Assembly (NCBI GenBank): GCA_965652295.1 | Contig: CBFGTS010000008.1 | Coordinates: 96,001 to 160,000 of the forward strand | Source of the DNA: an uncultured Haloferula sp. | Lineage (GTDB): Bacteria > Verrucomicrobiota > Verrucomicrobiia > Verrucomicrobiales > Akkermansiaceae | DNA: 64,000 bases | Direction: 5' to 3' | Shown: positions 19,019-29,916 of the stretch, piece by piece | How the letters are laid out: every line of letters begins with the position of its first letter | How positions within the stretch are numbered: the stretch's first letter is position 1 | Notes under the pieces: model-generated | What the model saw: the letters and a program-made list of their open reading frames with translations, nothing else | What the model was told of the DNA's origin: nothing | The model's database searches: none | Translations under genes and position numbers: made by a program

Positions 19019-21595
19019 ATGGGACTCGACAAAATCACCACCAAGCTCCAGGAGGCTCTTCAGGCGGCACAGCGGCTGGCTTCGAAGTCGGCGCACCCGG
19101 AATTGAAGAGCGGCCACGTGCTGCTGGCTCTGCTGCAGCAGGAGGGCGGCATCGTCGTGCCTCTGCTCCAGAATGCCGGGGCGGACGTGACGCAGCTCAA
19201 GGCATCGGTCATCTCCGCACTGGACAAGGAACCGAAAGTCCAGGGCGCGAGCGCGCAGCCGCAGCTGAGCTACGAGCTGCGCCAGACGCTGGATGCGGCC
19301 GACGAGGTGCGCGGCGGTATGGGGGATGAGTTTCTTTCCGTGGAACATTTCATCCTCGGGGCGATGAAGTCCGGCGCGGCGGCAGGCAAGCTGTTGCAAG
19401 CGGCGGGTCTGGATGAACCGAAAGCGCGTGAGGCTCTGGAGGGGATCCGCGGTGCCCAGAAGGTCACCGACGAGGATCCGGAGGGAAAATACCAAACACT
19501 GGAGAAATACGGCACCGACCTGACCGCCCGCGCGCGGGAGGGAAAAATCGATCCTGTGATCGGTCGCGACACCGAGATCCGGCGGGTGCTGCAAGTGCTT
19601 TCGCGGCGCACGAAGAACAACCCGGTGTTGATCGGCGAGCCGGGCGTGGGGAAGACGGCGATCGTGGAAGGCCTGGCGCGGCGGATCGTTTCCGGAGACG
19701 TGCCGGACGCGATGAAGAACAAGCGGATCATCGCCATGGATATCGGCGCGATGCTGGCCGGTGCGAAGTACCGCGGTGAGTTCGAGGACCGGTTGAAGGC
19801 GTTTTTGAAAGAGGTCACATCGTCGGAAGGCGAGATCATCCTCTTCATCGACGAGCTGCACACGATCGTGGGGGCGGGGGCCAGCGAGGGCGCGGTGGAC
19901 GCCTCGAATTTGCTGAAACCCCAGCTCGCCCGGGGTGAGCTGCGCACGGTGGGCGCGACGACACTCGATGAGTATCGCAAGCACATCGAGAAGGACGCGG
20001 CGCTGGAGCGGCGCTTCCAGCCGGTGATGGTGGGCGAGCCCTCGGTCGAGGACACGGTCGCCATCCTGCGGGGGTTGAAGGAGCGCTACGAGGTCCACCA
20101 CGGCGTGCGCATTCAGGATGGCGCGCTGGTGGCGGCGGCGATGCTCTCGGACCGCTACATTTCCGATCGTTTCCTGCCGGACAAGGCAGTCGATTTGGTG
20201 GATGAGGCTGCTTCGCGGTTGAAGATCGAGCTGGATTCCATGCCGACGGAGATCGACCAGCTCGAGCGCCAGATCATGCAGCTGGAGATGGAGAAAAAGG
20301 CGTTGGAGAAGGAGACCGACAAGGCCTCCGAAGCGCGCTTGGAGAAGGTCATCGAAGAGCAGGCGAACCTGCGCGAGCAATCGGCCGGCATGATGGCGCG
20401 CTGGCGCAACGAGAAGGAAGTGATCGAACGCGTGCGCGAGCAGCAGACGAAGATCGATTCCCTGAAGACCGAAGCCGAGCAGGCGCAGCGGCTGGGCGAT
20501 CTGACGCGCGCGTCCGAGATCACTTACGGTGCACTGCCGGAGGCGCAGCGGGCACTCGATGCGGCGCAGCGGGAGCTGGAGCAGATGCAGAAGGGCGGAG
20601 CGATCCTCACCGAGGAAGTCACGGAGGAGGACATCGCCGGCGTGGTGTCCTCGTGGACCGGCATCCCGGTCTCGCGTTTGCAGGAGGGCGAGAAGGAGAA
20701 GCTCGTCCACATGGAGGAGCGATTGGGCGATCGGGTGATCGGCCAGAAATCAGCGATCCGCGCCGTTTCCAACGCCGTGCGGCGGGCCCGCGCCGGCTTG
20801 CAGGACGAGAACCGGCCCATCGGCTCGTTCCTTTTCCTCGGGCCCACGGGTGTCGGGAAAACCGAGTTGAGCAAGGCGCTGGCGGAGTTCCTTTTCGATG
20901 ACGAGGGCGCGATGGTGCGGATCGACATGTCGGAATACATGGAGAAACACAGCGTCGCCCGGTTGATCGGTGCCCCGCCCGGATACGTCGGCTACGACGA
21001 GGGCGGCCAGCTCTCCGAGCATGTACGGCGCAAGCCGTATTCGGTGGTGCTGTTCGATGAGATCGAGAAGGCGCATCCCGATGTGTTCAACGTGCTGCTG
21101 CAAGTGCTCGACGACGGACGCATCACCGACGGCCAGGGCCGCACGGTGGATTTCCGCAACACGGTGTTGATCATGACTTCGAACATCGGCTCGCAGTTCA
21201 TCCTCAACGAGGACAACGCCGAGCAGCGCGAGGCGAAGGTGCTGGAGGCGCTGCGCGGGCATTTCCGGCCGGAGTTCCTGAACCGGGTCGACGAGACGAT
21301 CATCTTCGATCGCTTGCAGCGCGAGGAGCTGACCACGATCGTCGATTTGCAGCTCGAGCGCGTCCGCAAGCGGCTGGCGAAGCAGGGCCTGGGGTTGGCG
21401 CTGAGCGAGGAGGCGAAGGAGTTCCTCGGCAACCAGGGCTATGATCCGGTCTATGGCGCGAGACCACTGAAGCGGGCGATCCAGCGGCATTTGCTCGATG
21501 AACTGTCGCTGGAGATCCTCGACGGCCGCTTCGTGGAAGGCGACGTGATCAAGGGCAACGTCCGCGACGGGCGGATGGTGTTCGAGAAAGCGTGA
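19019..21595 (+). CDS. clpB: ATP-dependent chaperone ClpB
   Basis: Two AAA modules ([16 protein letters not shown]), long coiled-coil middle domain, GYVGY pore loop. Confidence 0.97.
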   Translation: MGLDKITTKLQEALQAAQRLASKSAHPELKSGHVLLALLQQEGGIVVPLLQNAGADVTQLKASVISALDKEPKVQGASAQPQLSYELRQTLDAADEVRGGMGDEFLSVEHFILGAMKSGAAAGKLLQAAGLDEPKAREALEGIRGAQKVTDEDPEGKYQTLEKYGTDLTARAREGKIDPVIGRDTEIRRVLQVLSRRTKNNPVLIGEPGVGKTAIVEGLARRIVSGDVPDAMKNKRIIAMDIGAMLAGAKYRGEFEDRLKAFLKEVTSSEGEIILFIDELHTIVGAGASEGAVDASNLLKPQLARGELRTVGATTLDEYRKHIEKDAALERRFQPVMVGEPSVEDTVAILRGLKERYEVHHGVRIQDGALVAAAMLSDRYISDRFLPDKAVDLVDEAASRLKIELDSMPTEIDQLERQIMQLEMEKKALEKETDKASEARLEKVIEEQANLREQSAGMMARWRNEKEVIERVREQQTKIDSLKTEAEQAQRLGDLTRASEITYGALPEAQRALDAAQRELEQMQKGGAILTEEVTEEDIAGVVSSWTGIPVSRLQEGEKEKLVHMEERLGDRVIGQKSAIRAVSNAVRRARAGLQDENRPIGSFLFLGPTGVGKTELSKALAEFLFDDEGAMVRIDMSEYMEKHSVARLIGAPPGYVGYDEGGQLSEHVRRKPYSVVLFDEIEKAHPDVFNVLLQVLDDGRITDGQGRTVDFRNTVLIMTSNIGSQFILNEDNAEQREAKVLEALRGHFRPEFLNRVDETIIFDRLQREELTTIVDLQLERVRKRLAKQGLGLALSEEAKEFLGNQGYDPVYGARPLKRAIQRHLLDELSLEILDGRFVEGDVIKGNVRDGRMVFEKA

Positions 21596-21598
21596 TTC

Positions 21599-21728
21599 GG
21601 TAGGGCGCGGCGGCCGCCGCGCCGGCTGGTAGAGACGGTAGGGCGTGGCGGCCCGCCGCGCCGACTGGTAGAGACGGCCGCGCCGCCTCTATTTTGAAAG
21701 TCGGACAAGCGGGCCGCTTGTCCCTACC
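21599..21728. repeat. Cluster of GTAG-type REP-like palindromes (two tandem units plus one inverted)
   Basis: GGTAGGGCGCGGCGGCCGCCGCGCCGGCTGGTAGAGAC (21599-21636), near-identical copy 21637-21675, inverted GGTAGGGACAAGCGGCCCGCTTGTCCG (21702-21728). Confidence 0.8.
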
Positions 21729-21759
21729 GGGTTTTCTTGCCCGGCGGCGGGTGGGGTGA

Positions 21760-22236
21760 TTGTTTCCGCCCGTGCACCTGCGTTTCACGGAACAGGAACT
21801 GGCGACGCTGATCGAAATGGTCAGCCTGGCAGCGGACGTGGCCTCGTGGAACCGCAAGCCGACTTCGGACGAGGGTGTGGCCGCCTACGAGGATCTGGAG
21901 AACAAGATCCTGGAAAAGGCGCACAACGCCGGATTTGCCGACGTGATCGAATGGGACGAGGAGAAGCAGCGCTTCCAGGTGAAACCGGAAGAGCAGGACA
22001 AATCGTTCTTCCGCGAGTGCTACGAGGAGTTCCGTAACGAGAGCTTCTGGGAAGACCTCGTGCTCCGCTTGGCGGACCGCGACCTGATCCGCCAGATCGG
22101 GATGGCGGCGTGGGAGAAGCTCAGCGAGGAGGAAAGGCGCACGCGGACCCAAGACATGGAGAAACGCTATTGGGACGAGTTTTCCAAGAACGGCGTCGAG
22201 CGTGTGGCGGTGATCCATCCGCCGGGGGAAGGGTGA
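21760..22236 (+). CDS. Hypothetical acidic protein
   Basis: Clean ORF with host-like codon use and helical acidic composition; start uncertain (TTG 21760 or GTG 21772). Confidence 0.75.
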   Translation: MFPPVHLRFTEQELATLIEMVSLAADVASWNRKPTSDEGVAAYEDLENKILEKAHNAGFADVIEWDEEKQRFQVKPEEQDKSFFRECYEEFRNESFWEDLVLRLADRDLIRQIGMAAWEKLSEEERRTRTQDMEKRYWDEFSKNGVERVAVIHPPGEG

Positions 22237-22279
22237 GGGATGGGCAATTGAAGATTTGCGATTGCCGATCGGGACATGG

Positions 22280-22313
22280 AAAAAGCGCGTCCCCGTGAGG
22301 AGACGCGCCTTTT
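22280..22313. terminator. Probable bidirectional intrinsic terminator
   Basis: AAAAA-GCGCGTC...GACGCGC-CTTTT between convergent genes. Confidence 0.65.
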
Positions 22314-22341
22314 GTGGAAGAGGAACTCTTCGAGCCGATGA

Positions 22342-23964
22342 TCAGCCTTCGCCGGGGACGGCGACGCCGCCAGCGGCTTGCTCAGGTGAGATCGTGAGAG
22401 GTTTGTAGCCACCGATGGTCTTGAAGTAGATCATCAGGAGAATGTAAATGACGGCCATCGTGACCGGGATCATGGCGTCGGCCTTCAGGGTGTTGCGATC
22501 GCCGATGATGCTGGCTTCGACGATGGTCTGTTGTGCTTCGCTGCGACTGCCTTCAGCCACGGCCTTGGCTTCGGCGAGTTTCGTGCCATCCAGGCCCGCC
22601 ACTTCGTCAAAGAACAGGAACTTGGCGCTGCTGTCCGCTTTATTGGCCTCATAGACCTCAGGCGCGGTTTCGCGGAGGTGATCGACGGTGAAGCGGTCCT
22701 TGGCATAACCAAGGCCTTCATTGCCGAGAAGGCCGGCTGACATCATGCCGATGCCGCCCATGATGGACATGGCGATCGCCCCGGTCTTCGGGAAACGATC
22801 GCCAACCACGGCCAACATGGTCGGCCAGAAGAAGGTCTTGCCGAGGGCATAGACGCCGAGGGCAAGCAGCGCGCCAGCGAAGGAGGTGATCCCGCTGACC
22901 AAGAAAAGGCCGATCACCGCGAGCACCGAACAGATCAGGAGCAGACCGATGGGTGAGATACGGAGCTTGTTTTCGATGAAGTGGGCGCAGAACCGCAGGC
23001 CGAACATGAGCAACGATGTGAAGACGAAGAGGATCTTCCCTTGAGTCGGGTTGAGAATATTGCCGGTAATGTTCTGGATCCAACCATCGGTGCCGAGTTC
23101 GACCGCACCGATGAGGGCGTGGGTGATGAAGAGAATGAAAAGAAGGAACGAACCGATAGGGACGATCGAATTTCCTCGGGGGCCATGCGTGTGGGTGATG
23201 ATCAGCAAGATGACAAAGAGCGTGTAAGCCGCGGCACTGGAAAGCCCCAAGGTGCTGGTGAAGAACAAACCGAGTAGCGCGGCGGCAACGATGCCTCCGA
23301 GGATGCCAATTTCCTGAAACATCTCCCCAATTGAGAGACCGCTGGCTGCTGCTTCTGACTTCGGAAAGCTCTGACCCATGAAGGCGACGCCATAGAGGAT
23401 GGTGGGGATGAGAAAAAGGCCGAGTTGGATTTTCCAATCTACGCCGGCACCTCCCAGCGTCCATCCGATGACACCGCCGATAACAAGGCCTAGAGGCCAG
23501 GAGGCATGGAGGATGTTGAGGTAGTGGGTTCGGTTGTTCGGGAACAAGGTGGAGACCAGTGGGTTTGCCACGGCCTCTAGGGTGCCATTGGCGAGAGCGA
23601 AAATAAAGGTGCCCCAGTAGAGGAACTTGAAGGCGAGGGCCTGCTGCTGTCCATCTATGGCGGCGAAGGTCACAAAAGCGGAGAGGATATGAAAGAGGAA
23701 GGCGGCGAAGACAAGTTTGCCGTAGCCGATTTTGTCCACAATGACGCCGCCTATTATAATGCCGAAGCAGAATCCGGTGAAACCGGCACCGCCAATTTTT
23801 CCGAGCTGGGCACCGGTGAAACCGAATTCATCGCCCCAGTTGGCGAGGATGCCTCCGCGGACGCCGAAGCCGATGCCGGCGGCGAGGATGGCGAGGAATC
23901 CGGCCCAGAGGAGGCGTTTGGCGTTCGGGGCGATACCTGGGTCGTCGAGGGTGGCTGCGGTCAT
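22342..23964 (-). CDS. MFS transporter
   Basis: About 12-14 TM helices; VDKIGYG loop, [13 protein letters not shown] motifs. Confidence 0.9.
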   Translation of the reverse strand: MTAATLDDPGIAPNAKRLLWAGFLAILAAGIGFGVRGGILANWGDEFGFTGAQLGKIGGAGFTGFCFGIIIGGVIVDKIGYGKLVFAAFLFHILSAFVTFAAIDGQQQALAFKFLYWGTFIFALANGTLEAVANPLVSTLFPNNRTHYLNILHASWPLGLVIGGVIGWTLGGAGVDWKIQLGLFLIPTILYGVAFMGQSFPKSEAAASGLSIGEMFQEIGILGGIVAAALLGLFFTSTLGLSSAAAYTLFVILLIITHTHGPRGNSIVPIGSFLLFILFITHALIGAVELGTDGWIQNITGNILNPTQGKILFVFTSLLMFGLRFCAHFIENKLRISPIGLLLICSVLAVIGLFLVSGITSFAGALLALGVYALGKTFFWPTMLAVVGDRFPKTGAIAMSIMGGIGMMSAGLLGNEGLGYAKDRFTVDHLRETAPEVYEANKADSSAKFLFFDEVAGLDGTKLAEAKAVAEGSRSEAQQTIVEASIIGDRNTLKADAMIPVTMAVIYILLMIYFKTIGGYKPLTISPEQAAGGVAVPGEG

Positions 23965-24100
23965 GGATGCGGTTTGGAGTTTCGGGTGTCTATCGGGCCG
24001 CGGTGAGGATGGCAAGTTTCTGCGAACCGGACGGGGACGAAACGTGGACGAGGGGGGAGGTCTGTCGCCCCCGGAGGGAAATTCGGTCGTTTTCCAACAG

Positions 24101-24135
24101 AAAAAGCCCGGGCTTCGCGAAGAAACCCGGGCTTT
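24101..24135 (-). terminator. Intrinsic terminator downstream of ilvC
   Basis: AAAGCCCGGG stem followed by a U-tract on the minus strand. Confidence 0.7.
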
Positions 24136-24186
24136 GGAAATGGGAAGTGTCTTGAAGAAGGGACGCGGCCTGAAAAGCCGCTCTCC

Positions 24187-25233
24187 TTACTTCGAGGAAG
24201 AGACGTAGCTCGCTTGGGCGGCGCCCTTCTTGAGCTTCTTCTGCTTGATCCAGCTCATGGTGGAACGGAGCTTTTCACCGACCTTCTCGATCTGGTGCTT
24301 GGCTTCCTCCTTGCGGATCTCGTTGAAGCGCTTGCAGCCGTTCTCGTTCTCCTTGATCCACTCCTTGGCGAACTTGCCGGACTCGATCTCCTTGAGCTGT
24401 TTGACCATCCGCTTCTTGACGGAGGCATCGATGATCTTCGGACCCACGGACACGTCGCCCCACTCGGCAGTTTCCGAGATGGAGAAGCGCATGCCGGCGA
24501 TGCCGGATTCGTTCATGAGATCGACGATGAGCTTCAGCTCGTGGAGGCACTCGAAGTAGGCCATTTCCGGCTGGTAGCCGGCTTCCACGAGGGTTTCGAA
24601 ACCGGCCTTCACCAGGGCGGAAGCGCCGCCGCAGAGGACGACCTGCTCCCCGAAGAGATCGGTCACGGTCTCTTCCTTGAAGTTGGTTTCAAACACACCG
24701 GCACGGGTGCAGCCAACGCCGCGCGCCCAGGCGAGGGCGATCTGCTTGGCCTTGCCGTCGGCATCGTTGTGGACGGCGATCAGACCGGGCACGCCCTTGC
24801 CATCGACAAACTGCGAGCGGACGGTGTGGCCCGGACCCTTCGGGGCGACCATGATGACGTTGATGTCGGAGGGCGGGTCGATGGTCTTGAAGTGAACGGC
24901 GAAGCCGTGGGAGAAGAGCAGGGTCTTGCCCTTGGTGAGGTTCGGCGCGATGTCCTTCTCGTAGACGCCGGCGATTTTGGTGTCGGGCACGGCGACGAAG
25001 ATCACGTCGGCAGCCTTCACGGCATCGGCGGTGTCCATGACCTCGAAGCCGAGCTTCTGGGCGACTTCGCGGGACTTCGACTTCTTGTAGAGGCCGATGA
25101 CGACCTTGAGGCCGCTGTCCTTGAGATTGAGAGCGTGCGCGTGGCCCTGGGAGCCGAAGCCGATGACGGCGAGCGTCTTCTTCTTGAGGGGCGTCAGGGT
25201 GGCGTCCTTGTTGGTGTAGATCTTGGCGGCCAT
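24187..25233 (-). CDS. ilvC: Ketol-acid reductoisomerase
   Basis: [51 protein letters not shown]. Confidence 0.97.
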   Translation of the reverse strand: MAAKIYTNKDATLTPLKKKTLAVIGFGSQGHAHALNLKDSGLKVVIGLYKKSKSREVAQKLGFEVMDTADAVKAADVIFVAVPDTKIAGVYEKDIAPNLTKGKTLLFSHGFAVHFKTIDPPSDINVIMVAPKGPGHTVRSQFVDGKGVPGLIAVHNDADGKAKQIALAWARGVGCTRAGVFETNFKEETVTDLFGEQVVLCGGASALVKAGFETLVEAGYQPEMAYFECLHELKLIVDLMNESGIAGMRFSISETAEWGDVSVGPKIIDASVKKRMVKQLKEIESGKFAKEWIKENENGCKRFNEIRKEEAKHQIEKVGEKLRSTMSWIKQKKLKKGAAQASYVSSSK

Positions 25234-25354
25234 GGTAGTCGTCGTAGTTCGGAAAATGAGGCGGTTGCCTCGTGAGTGAGGGCGGAAGCTGGCGAAAATC
25301 GAGCAGGTTTCAAGTGTCAAGTTCTCAGTTTCAAGGCATCGTGTCGCGGTGACG

Positions 25355-25885
25355 ATGAAACGGGCGACGGTGCTGGCGCATGAGGTGGTGGCCGGGGTGC
25401 TGGGAGAGGGGGAGACGGCGGTGGATGCAACGGCGGGGAATGGACACGACACGGTGTTCCTGGCGCGGCTGGTGGGAGAGACGGGAAGGGTATTCGCCTT
25501 CGACGTGCAGGCGGCGGCGATCGAGTCGGCCCGCGGGCGGGTGGAGGCGGCGGGTTTCGGAGAACGGGTGGAATTTTTCTGCGAAAGCCATGCGCGGATG
25601 GTGGAGCGGGTGCCTGCCGGCGTGGCGGCGGTGATGTTCAACCTCGGCTACCTGCCCGGTGCGGATCACGCGGTGATCACGAAGACGGAGGAAACGCTGA
25701 AGGCACTGGAGGCGGCGATCGCGTTGCTGCGTTCGGGAGGGGTGGTGACCGTCGTCTGCTATCCCGGCCACGCGGGCGGGGATGAGGAGGCTGCGGCGGT
25801 GGTGGAGTGGGCGGAAAAGAAAGCCGGCAAGGTGTTTCCTGCGGCGAGAGAGGGCGCGCCGTTTCTGGTGGTGGTGAGCGTGTAG
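25355..25885 (+). CDS. Class I SAM-dependent methyltransferase (YtqB/MnmM-like)
   Basis: [33 protein letters not shown]. Confidence 0.88.
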   Translation: MKRATVLAHEVVAGVLGEGETAVDATAGNGHDTVFLARLVGETGRVFAFDVQAAAIESARGRVEAAGFGERVEFFCESHARMVERVPAGVAAVMFNLGYLPGADHAVITKTEETLKALEAAIALLRSGGVVTVVCYPGHAGGDEEAAAVVEWAEKKAGKVFPAAREGAPFLVVVSV

Positions 25886-25992
25886 AGTGGCTGGCAGGAT
25901 CGGGCTCGATGCGTTGCCTCGGGCTGGCGATGAAGTTGTCGATGGTGCGGTTGCTGGGGCTCGCGACGGATGGGGCATGTCGAGCGGGCATT

Positions 25993-26060
25993 CGTGGCGG
26001 CGGATTGGATCCGCCAAGCCAGATTGATGATTGGCATGGCGGATGAAATCCGCCGCCACG
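25993..26060. repeat. Inverted REP-like doublet
   Basis: CGTGGCGGCGGATTGGATCCGCCA and, on the minus strand, CGTGGCGGCGGATTTCATCCGCCA. Confidence 0.7.
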
Positions 26061-26100
26061 GTTGCTTGCGGATTGTTAGGGATCCGGCTGAAGTGGGCGG

Positions 26101-27072
26101 ATGCGAAGGGTGTGTGCGGGTTTTGCGGCGGCGTTTCCGCTGTGGATTGTGCTGGGCTGTTTGTGGGCTTGGTGGCGGCCGGGGGACTGGACGTGGTTCG
26201 CACCATGGATCGAGCCGGGGTTGGGACTGATCATGTTAGGGATGGGCCTGACGCTGCGGGTGGCGGATTTCGCCGCGGTGGCGCGTCAACCGGGGACGGT
26301 GGGGCTGGGGGTGGCGGCGCAGTTCGTTATCATGCCGGCGAGCGGCTGGCTGGTGGCGAAGGCGTTCGCGCTGGAGCCGGAGCTGGCGCTGGGGCTGATC
26401 CTGGTTTCCTGCTGCCCGGGCGGGACGGCGAGCAATGTGATCTGCTATCTGGCGCGGGCGAATGTGGCGCTGAGCGTGCTGATGACGATGACATCGACGT
26501 TTGCCGCAATCGGGCTGACGCCGGTTCTGACGAAGTTGCTGGCCGGAAAGGTGCTGCCGGTGGACGCGTGGGCGCTTTTCCAATCGATGCTGATGGTGGT
26601 GCTGTTGCCGCTGGTGGCGGGCATCGCGGTGAGTTCAGGGTTGGGGAAACTTCGGCGGCCGGAGCGGGTAAGACAGGGGGTGGATGCGATCGGACCGGTG
26701 GTGAGCGTGGCGGTGATCGTGCTGATCGTCGGCTGCGTGGTGGGTTTGAAAAAGGAGCTGATCGTGCAGGCCGGGGCGGGGCTGTTCGTGGCGGTGTTCG
26801 TGCTCCACGCGCTGGGCTTCGGCGTGGGATACGGGGTGATGTGGTTTTTCCGTCGGGATGTGGCGATGCGCCGGACGGTATCGATCGAGGTGGGGATGCA
26901 GAACAGCGGGCTGGGCGCGGCGCTGGCGACGAAGCATTTCGCGGAGTTCGCCCTGGCGCCGGTGCCGGCGGCGATCTCGGCGGTATATCACAGCATCATC
27001 GGCAGTGTGCTGGCGGCCTGGTGGCGAAGGAAGCCGCCTGCTGCGGAGTGCCGGGTGGAAAGTAAAAAGTAG
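26101..27072 (+). CDS. Bile acid:sodium symporter family protein
   Basis: IMLGMGLTL, QFVIMP, CCPGGTASNV, SIEVGMQNSGL. Confidence 0.93.
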   Translation: MRRVCAGFAAAFPLWIVLGCLWAWWRPGDWTWFAPWIEPGLGLIMLGMGLTLRVADFAAVARQPGTVGLGVAAQFVIMPASGWLVAKAFALEPELALGLILVSCCPGGTASNVICYLARANVALSVLMTMTSTFAAIGLTPVLTKLLAGKVLPVDAWALFQSMLMVVLLPLVAGIAVSSGLGKLRRPERVRQGVDAIGPVVSVAVIVLIVGCVVGLKKELIVQAGAGLFVAVFVLHALGFGVGYGVMWFFRRDVAMRRTVSIEVGMQNSGLGAALATKHFAEFALAPVPAAISAVYHSIIGSVLAAWWRRKPPAAECRVESKK

Positions 27073-27089
27073 AAAGTGGTGGAGACGAC

Positions 27090-27121
27090 AACGGCCGCTT
27101 CCCGATGAGGAAGCGGCCGTT
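27090..27121. terminator. Perfect 13-bp hairpin between convergent genes (possible terminator)
   Basis: AACGGCCGCTTCC-CGATGA-GGAAGCGGCCGTT. Confidence 0.55.
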
Positions 27122-27182
27122 TGGAGAGCGGAAAGATGCCGGTCTGCCGCCGACGAGTCGGGGGAACAAGACCGGCGCTCCG

Positions 27183-27614
27183 TCAGAAGATTTCGCCTTC
27201 GTTGAAGAAACGCTTGAGTTCGGCCTGAGCGGCTTCGGGGCCGTCGGAGGCGTGGCAGACGTTGCGCATCTTGGCGTCGCCTTCCTTGTCACCGAAGTCG
27301 CCGCGGATGGTGCCGGGGGCGGCGGCCTTGGAATCGGTGGGGCCGAGGAGGTCGCGGATCTTGGCGATGACGTCATCGCCTTCGAGGGCGAGGGCGATCA
27401 CGGGGGTTTCCTGCATGAAACCGCGGACGTCGGGGAAGAAGGGTTTGTCGGCGATGTGGGAGTAGTGCTCGGCAAGGATTTCGTCGCTGAGCGCCATCAT
27501 CTTGATGCCGCGGATTTTGAAGCCTTCCTGTTCAAAGCGGGAAAGCACGGTTCCGACGAGGTTTTTGGCGACGGCGTCGGGCTTGAAGAGGATGAGGGTC
27601 GTCTCGAGAGCCAT
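27183..27614 (-). CDS. ndk: Nucleoside diphosphate kinase
   Basis: TLILFKPDAV, HYSH..KPFF, PGTIRGDF, NVCHASD. Confidence 0.96.
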   Translation of the reverse strand: MALETTLILFKPDAVAKNLVGTVLSRFEQEGFKIRGIKMMALSDEILAEHYSHIADKPFFPDVRGFMQETPVIALALEGDDVIAKIRDLLGPTDSKAAAPGTIRGDFGDKEGDAKMRNVCHASDGPEAAQAELKRFFNEGEIF

Positions 27615-27694
27615 GATGGGGGAGTTAGGCGGCGGGGGCGGGGCAGGCAAGTCCTTTCAGGATGGATGAGAGGATAGGCCGAGGAAAGGGGAGA

Positions 27695-28261
27695 TCAGAG
27701 GGAACGGGCGATCCGGGCGGCCAGTTGGGCGAAGAGGCGGGACTCGGCGGCGGCGAGGGCATTGTAGCCATCGGTCTCCAAAGGTTCGGTGCCGGACCAG
27801 CTTTGGGAGGCGATCATGCGGCGGTCCGGCAGCGAATAGACGCGCCAGGCGGCCTCGAGAAAGGCATCGCCGGTGTCGGTGCCGTGGAGCTGCCGGATGT
27901 CGATGCTGACCTGGTAGCGCAGATCCATGTCGCTGCTCCAAGGGTAGGTGCGGACATCGCCGGTGCCGAGCCGGCGGCCGAGGTTGGCGGCGAGGACCTG
28001 GGCGATGTTTTCATCGAGTTCGCCGGCCCAGCGGTGGGACTCGGCGACGGCGAGGCGGTTGCCCTCCTGTTGGAAGACGAGGTTGGAGCGGTCGAGGTAG
28101 GCGGCCACGGTGACGGGGCCGACGCCGATGCCCTTTCCGCCGCCGGAGGGCGCGGGCCCTTCGGGGGTGAGGAGGTAGTAGCTCTTCGGCTCCGCGCAGT
28201 GGGAGAGAAGCAGGGCGAGGAGGCCGAGGGTGAGGAAATGGAGAAAGGTGCGGGATTTCAT
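27695..28261 (-). CDS. pqiC: PqiC-family lipoprotein
   Basis: Lipoprotein signal, YYLL, GVGPV...YLDR, HRWA; operon context. Confidence 0.85.
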   Translation of the reverse strand: MKSRTFLHFLTLGLLALLLSHCAEPKSYYLLTPEGPAPSGGGKGIGVGPVTVAAYLDRSNLVFQQEGNRLAVAESHRWAGELDENIAQVLAANLGRRLGTGDVRTYPWSSDMDLRYQVSIDIRQLHGTDTGDAFLEAAWRVYSLPDRRMIASQSWSGTEPLETDGYNALAAAESRLFAQLAARIARSL

Positions 28262-29916
28262 CGGCGGGCGCGCGGAATGGGATCGCCGGAAGACTCGCGT
28301 CCGAAAATCAGCGAGTTCGGCTTTTCATCGACGGTGTTGGAAAGGTTCTCGAACGATCGGGCGGCGGCGCGGATCTCATCGAGGGTGCGGCGGAGGTCGC
28401 CTTGGAGGGAGCCGGAGGGACCGAGGGAATTCACCGAGGTCTGGAGTTCGGCGAGCGTTTTGTTGATCTCCGCGGTGAGGCCCTGGGTCGAGTCGGAGGC
28501 GAGGATGGCTCTGGCTTCGGCGAGGGTTTCCTCGATCGAATCGAAGGCCTCGCGGGCTTCGGCGACGGTGACGGAGGTTTCATCGGCGGCGTTTCCGAAC
28601 TTCGTGAGCGTCTCCTCAAGAGGCAGGGCCTCGATTTTGGCGAGGATGTCATTGAGCCGTGCCTCGATCTGGGCCAGACCGCCGGGTTTGGAGGGGATGA
28701 CGGGCAGGTCGTTGACAACCTCCACCGTGGAGGGAGCCTCGGCGGGGTTGATATCCAGCGCGACGTAAAGGGCGCCCGTGATCAGGGAGGCGGAGCCGAG
28801 CTTGGCGCGGAGGCCTTTGCGAATGGCGGCGCGGAGATCGAATTCCCCTTCGACCTCCGGTTCCAAGGCGTTTTTGAGCACGGCGGATTCCAGCTCGATG
28901 AGGACGGGAATGCGGGTATCTCCGCCGTTCGAAAGCTTAAAGGAGATCTCGGTGACCCGACCGATCGGAACGCCTCGGAATTCCACCGCCGCGCCGCGCT
29001 GAAGACCGCGGACGGACTCATCGAACATGAGGAGCGCCCGGGTATCGGCGATGTAGTGGGCGTCTTCGGCCGAGGACTGGTCGCTGAACAGGGTGAAGAC
29101 ATCGCCGTCCTCGGCCGGTGGGGTGTCCTTGAGATCCGCGGGGGTCGAAAAGGTGGCTCCGCCGGTGACGAGTGCCTGCACCGAAGGGGTGCGGAACTTG
29201 AAGCCATCCGATCCGGCGGTGACGTCGAAGCCGCTGGTATTCCAAAAGCGGGTGCCTTTGCGGACGAGCGAAGCGTATCGTTCGCGGATCAGGACGCGAA
29301 ATTCGACCTGTTCTTCAGCGATCGAGAGGATGCGCTGTTCGACTTTTCCGACCTCGAACCCGAGGTAATAGATTGGCGAGCCGGCAGAAAGGGACCCAGC
29401 CTCTTTGGCCGTCAGGGTGAGCCGCAGGCCGGGGACCGACTGGCTGGTCACGGGAGGTTCTTCCAAGCCTTTGAACTCGGTGGAGTGTTTCTCCCGGGTG
29501 CCGGGATCCAGCTCGATGTAGGCACCGGTGATCAGCGTGCCGAGGCCGGAAACCGAGCTGGTGGAGACGCGGGGACGGACGACCCAGAAGCGGCTGTCGG
29601 AGCGCAGCAGGTCGGTGTAGTCCGGGCTGACACGGATCTGGACGACCGTCTTGAGGTTTTTCGTGAGCTGCACGGCCTCGACCATTCCAACGGGAACCGA
29701 GCGGCAGCGGAGTTCGGTTTTACCGGCCGCGATGCCTTCGGCGGTCTCGAACTGAACCGAGACCAGCGGGCCGCGGTCGACGTTGTTTTTCCACAGCAGC
29801 CATCCGGCGAGGACCAGGGCGACCAGCGGAACCACCCACACGCTGCTGATGCGTCGGCGCGGACGGATCGTGGGCCGGTGTTCGCGGATGTCGTCTTTTG
29901 GGTCTTCTTCAGTCAT
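28258..29916 (-). CDS. pqiB: PqiB-family MCE (MlaD) transport protein
   Basis: VWVVPLVAL anchor, FWVVRPR, GLGTLITGAYI, three MCE-like repeats, helical tail ending KPNSLIFG. Confidence 0.92.
   Translation of the reverse strand: MTEEDPKDDIREHRPTIRPRRRISSVWVVPLVALVLAGWLLWKNNVDRGPLVSVQFETAEGIAAGKTELRCRSVPVGMVEAVQLTKNLKTVVQIRVSPDYTDLLRSDSRFWVVRPRVSTSSVSGLGTLITGAYIELDPGTREKHSTEFKGLEEPPVTSQSVPGLRLTLTAKEAGSLSAGSPIYYLGFEVGKVEQRILSIAEEQVEFRVLIRERYASLVRKGTRFWNTSGFDVTAGSDGFKFRTPSVQALVTGGATFSTPADLKDTPPAEDGDVFTLFSDQSSAEDAHYIADTRALLMFDESVRGLQRGAAVEFRGVPIGRVTEISFKLSNGGDTRIPVLIELESAVLKNALEPEVEGEFDLRAAIRKGLRAKLGSASLITGALYVALDINPAEAPSTVEVVNDLPVIPSKPGGLAQIEARLNDILAKIEALPLEETLTKFGNAADETSVTVAEAREAFDSIEETLAEARAILASDSTQGLTAEINKTLAELQTSVNSLGPSGSLQGDLRRTLDEIRAAARSFENLSNTVDEKPNSLIFGRESSGDPIPRARR

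Noticed and set aside
21599..21675. Tandem 38-39 nt repeats as a possible CRISPR array
   Set aside because: Only two adjacent units, no unique spacers and no cas genes; fits REP elements
24187..25641. N-terminal extensions in track ORFs (ilvC, recF 6734, trhO-rluA 14636, 32965..34137, 60463)
   Set aside because: Extensions overlap other genes or the tRNA and lack homologous character; downstream starts were used
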